From Octopus vulgaris (lineage: Eukaryota): a DNA stretch of 64,000 nucleotides. The translations under genes were made by a program, and so were the position numbers. Below are positions 61,869 through 64,000 of this stretch, in pieces (position 1 is the stretch's first letter; the number at the start of each line of letters is the position of its first letter). Under the pieces are notes generated by a model. The model searched no databases. It was not told where the DNA came from and saw only the letters and a list, made by a program, of their open reading frames with translations. The stretch covers positions 99,510,001-99,574,000 of the forward strand of contig OX597822.1 in the NCBI GenBank assembly GCA_951406725.2. Reading direction: 5' to 3'.

Positions 61869-63321
61869 AATCTTTATATCTGATATTGAGGGAATATTTA
61901 TCCATCTTTCCTTCCATACTTTTATGCAGGTAGATTGTTAGGAATCATCCAAAGGAACAGAAGATATTACGAAACTGCACTTTAGTTTTAATCCTTTTTA
62001 TACTTGTTGCTATCCCATTAATTAAACATCTGCTTTTGTTCTTTTAGCTTTGCTGGCAACAGCTCTCCTGATATCAGATGCAGTCTCAGGTAAAGATTAT
62101 AAATATGAGTGGGAAGGAACCAAGCAGCTTATAGCATCAAGTGTCTCACTGAGAACAGTCTCCATTTAACATTTTCTTCAATGTGAATATGCAATGATGT
62201 GAAATTAATGGCTATATGTAATTTTCAAAATTGGAAAAAAAATCTTAAACAAATGGAAAATGTCAGGAAAATATCCATAATTTGCAATGGATTTTTCATA
62301 TTTTTTGCACTATTTTAAAACAGTCTGGAAATTAGAATTTAGAATACACAAAAAGTCTATAGAATCAAGTCATAACAAAATTAACTTTATCTATACACAA
62401 ACAGACAGACAAATGGATATATATGGCTGGGTGAATGGATGGATTGATTTGTATTGTTTTATAAAGATTAAAATTTAGGCAAGGAAATAGTATTATATTC
62501 TAGCACAATGAGTAAATGTTAAGTATTAAAACTGGTTGCACAAAGTTTCATTGTTCATGGATAAAACTTCAACAATCCCGGAATAAAGTTCCAAGAATTT
62601 TTTGCCTCCTGATGCAAATCAAGGTACATCTCAATGAATAAATCATTACAAAATATTTCAATTAACAAAAGAAGAAAAAAATCAGAATTTTAGTTAAAGA
62701 GATAAATACAATAATAATAAATTTATGAATAATAAATAATAGATTAATATTACTATATTAACAAAGCAAAATAGAATAAACCCCCACAGTTATTTCACTG
62801 GATACATATAATTTTCCATTTTTTCCCTTTTCTTCCTCTAATGTTATTTTAAATTATTAGCAGCTATATTATCTTGCATTCTTCAGATAAAATAGATTGT
62901 AATAAAGAAAGCCATTATCTTATTTTTAACTCAAATCTTTCAAGTATGATGTGAAGCTATTCAGTACTTAATAAAAAATAAAAATAAAAAAAACATATCG
63001 TTATATTTTTTCTTTTTAAATTCTGAAAGCTATTTAAAGCATTGAAATGGTTCTGCAACATAACAATTGAAATCAGAAGTCTTAGAATATCATCATTAAT
63101 TGATTGAAAGCTGTATTTCACTACAAAAAATGTTATACTTGACCCTTTGATCAACTAACTGCTGCAGCCTCTATAATGAGACCCTGGACCAGATTTCAAA
63201 AGATGAAAATTACGCTGATAGGGCTGAGGCACATCTATCACTATTCCTTTGGATAGCAACATCTCCTTTACCTACCTGCCTACTAACCCTCTAATTGGGG
63301 CTGGTGCCCTAAATAACTTAA

Positions 63322-63693
63322 GGAAGCACTCCGTTGGTTACGACGACGAGGGTTCCGGTTGATCCGAATCAACGGAACAGCCTGCTCGTGAAATTAACAT
63401 GTAAGTGGCTGAGCACTCCACAGACACGTGTACCATTAACGTAGTTCTCGGGGATATTCAGCGTGACAAGGCCGGCCCTTTGAAATACAGGTACAACAGA
63501 AACAGGAAGTAAGAGTGAGAGAAAGTTGTAGTGAAAGAGTACAGCAGGGATCACCACCATCCCCTGCCGGAGCCTTGTGCAGCTTTAAATGTTTTCGCTC
63601 AATAAACACTCACAACGCCCGGTCTGGGAATCGAAACCGCGATCCTATGACCGCGAGTCCGATGCCCTAACCACTGGGCCATTGCGCCTCCAC
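63322..63693 (-). mobile_element. Young tRNA-derived SINE with tail E
   Basis: Minus head ggaggcgcaatggcccagtggttagggc...ggtttcgattcccag; TSD cctaaataact. Confidence 0.9.
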
Positions 63694-63968
63694 TCCTAAA
63701 TAACTGTACATTATTATCTGACCCAACTGTTCTGACTGCACTGCTATGTACACATCATCACTTGGTTCGTGGTCATTTTCATTATTCTAACTTGAATTAC
63801 TGCCTTACTCACTTTCTTCATCAGAATCTGATAACTAGGCAAATATCTGGACTAGTAATAGCTTTCTCTGGGCCATTTTCTTTCTTTTTTAGTAATTTGA
63901 ATCCCTAAAAACAGGACAATTACAGACAGGTAGAATTCTCGAGATTGCACAAGTCACAAAAGGATAAA

Positions 63969-64000
63969 GACCCCCTTTGGTCATGAATGACCGTGGGATT
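63969..64000 (-). mobile_element. 3' end of a SINE-D, cut by the window edge
   Basis: Reverse complement matches aatcccatggttagtcatgaccgaagggggcctc at about 58307-58339. Confidence 0.75.

Noticed and set aside
63600-63693. tRNA gene
   Set aside because: The tRNA-like head continues into a SINE body with TSDs; no complete cloverleaf is evident

Overview
AT-rich, repeat-saturated, non-coding eukaryotic DNA. The SINE, MITE and microsatellite complement looks like a coleoid cephalopod (Octopus-type) intron or intergenic region; this organism call is my inference from repeat recognition. I found no intact host gene, rRNA, true tRNA or CRISPR array, and almost all listed ORFs are microsatellite or SINE read-through. 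Retroelements: several tRNA-headed SINE families (my labels A-E), many with clear TSDs; fragments of CR1-group, RTE and Dong/R4 LINEs; and a cluster of Penelope-like inverted remnants in (TA)n tracts. DNA elements: an internally deleted piggyBac plus two TTAA-MITE families that nest in each other, a Buster-type hAT derivative, Tc1/mariner MITEs and two non-autonomous Helitrons. The most notable signals are four. (1) Minimal type-I hammerhead ribozyme motifs, one pair forming a perfect 141-bp palindrome at 46933-47073, plus non-canonical core variants. (2) A GC-rich, tandemly amplified pseudoknot-like motif in an RTE-tailed non-autonomous element. (3) Locus-specific inverted or templated duplications and foldbacks that would form long dsRNA. 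(4) A SINE-internal microsatellite acting as a landing pad for other elements. Coordinates were counted by eye and boundaries of old repeats are approximate.
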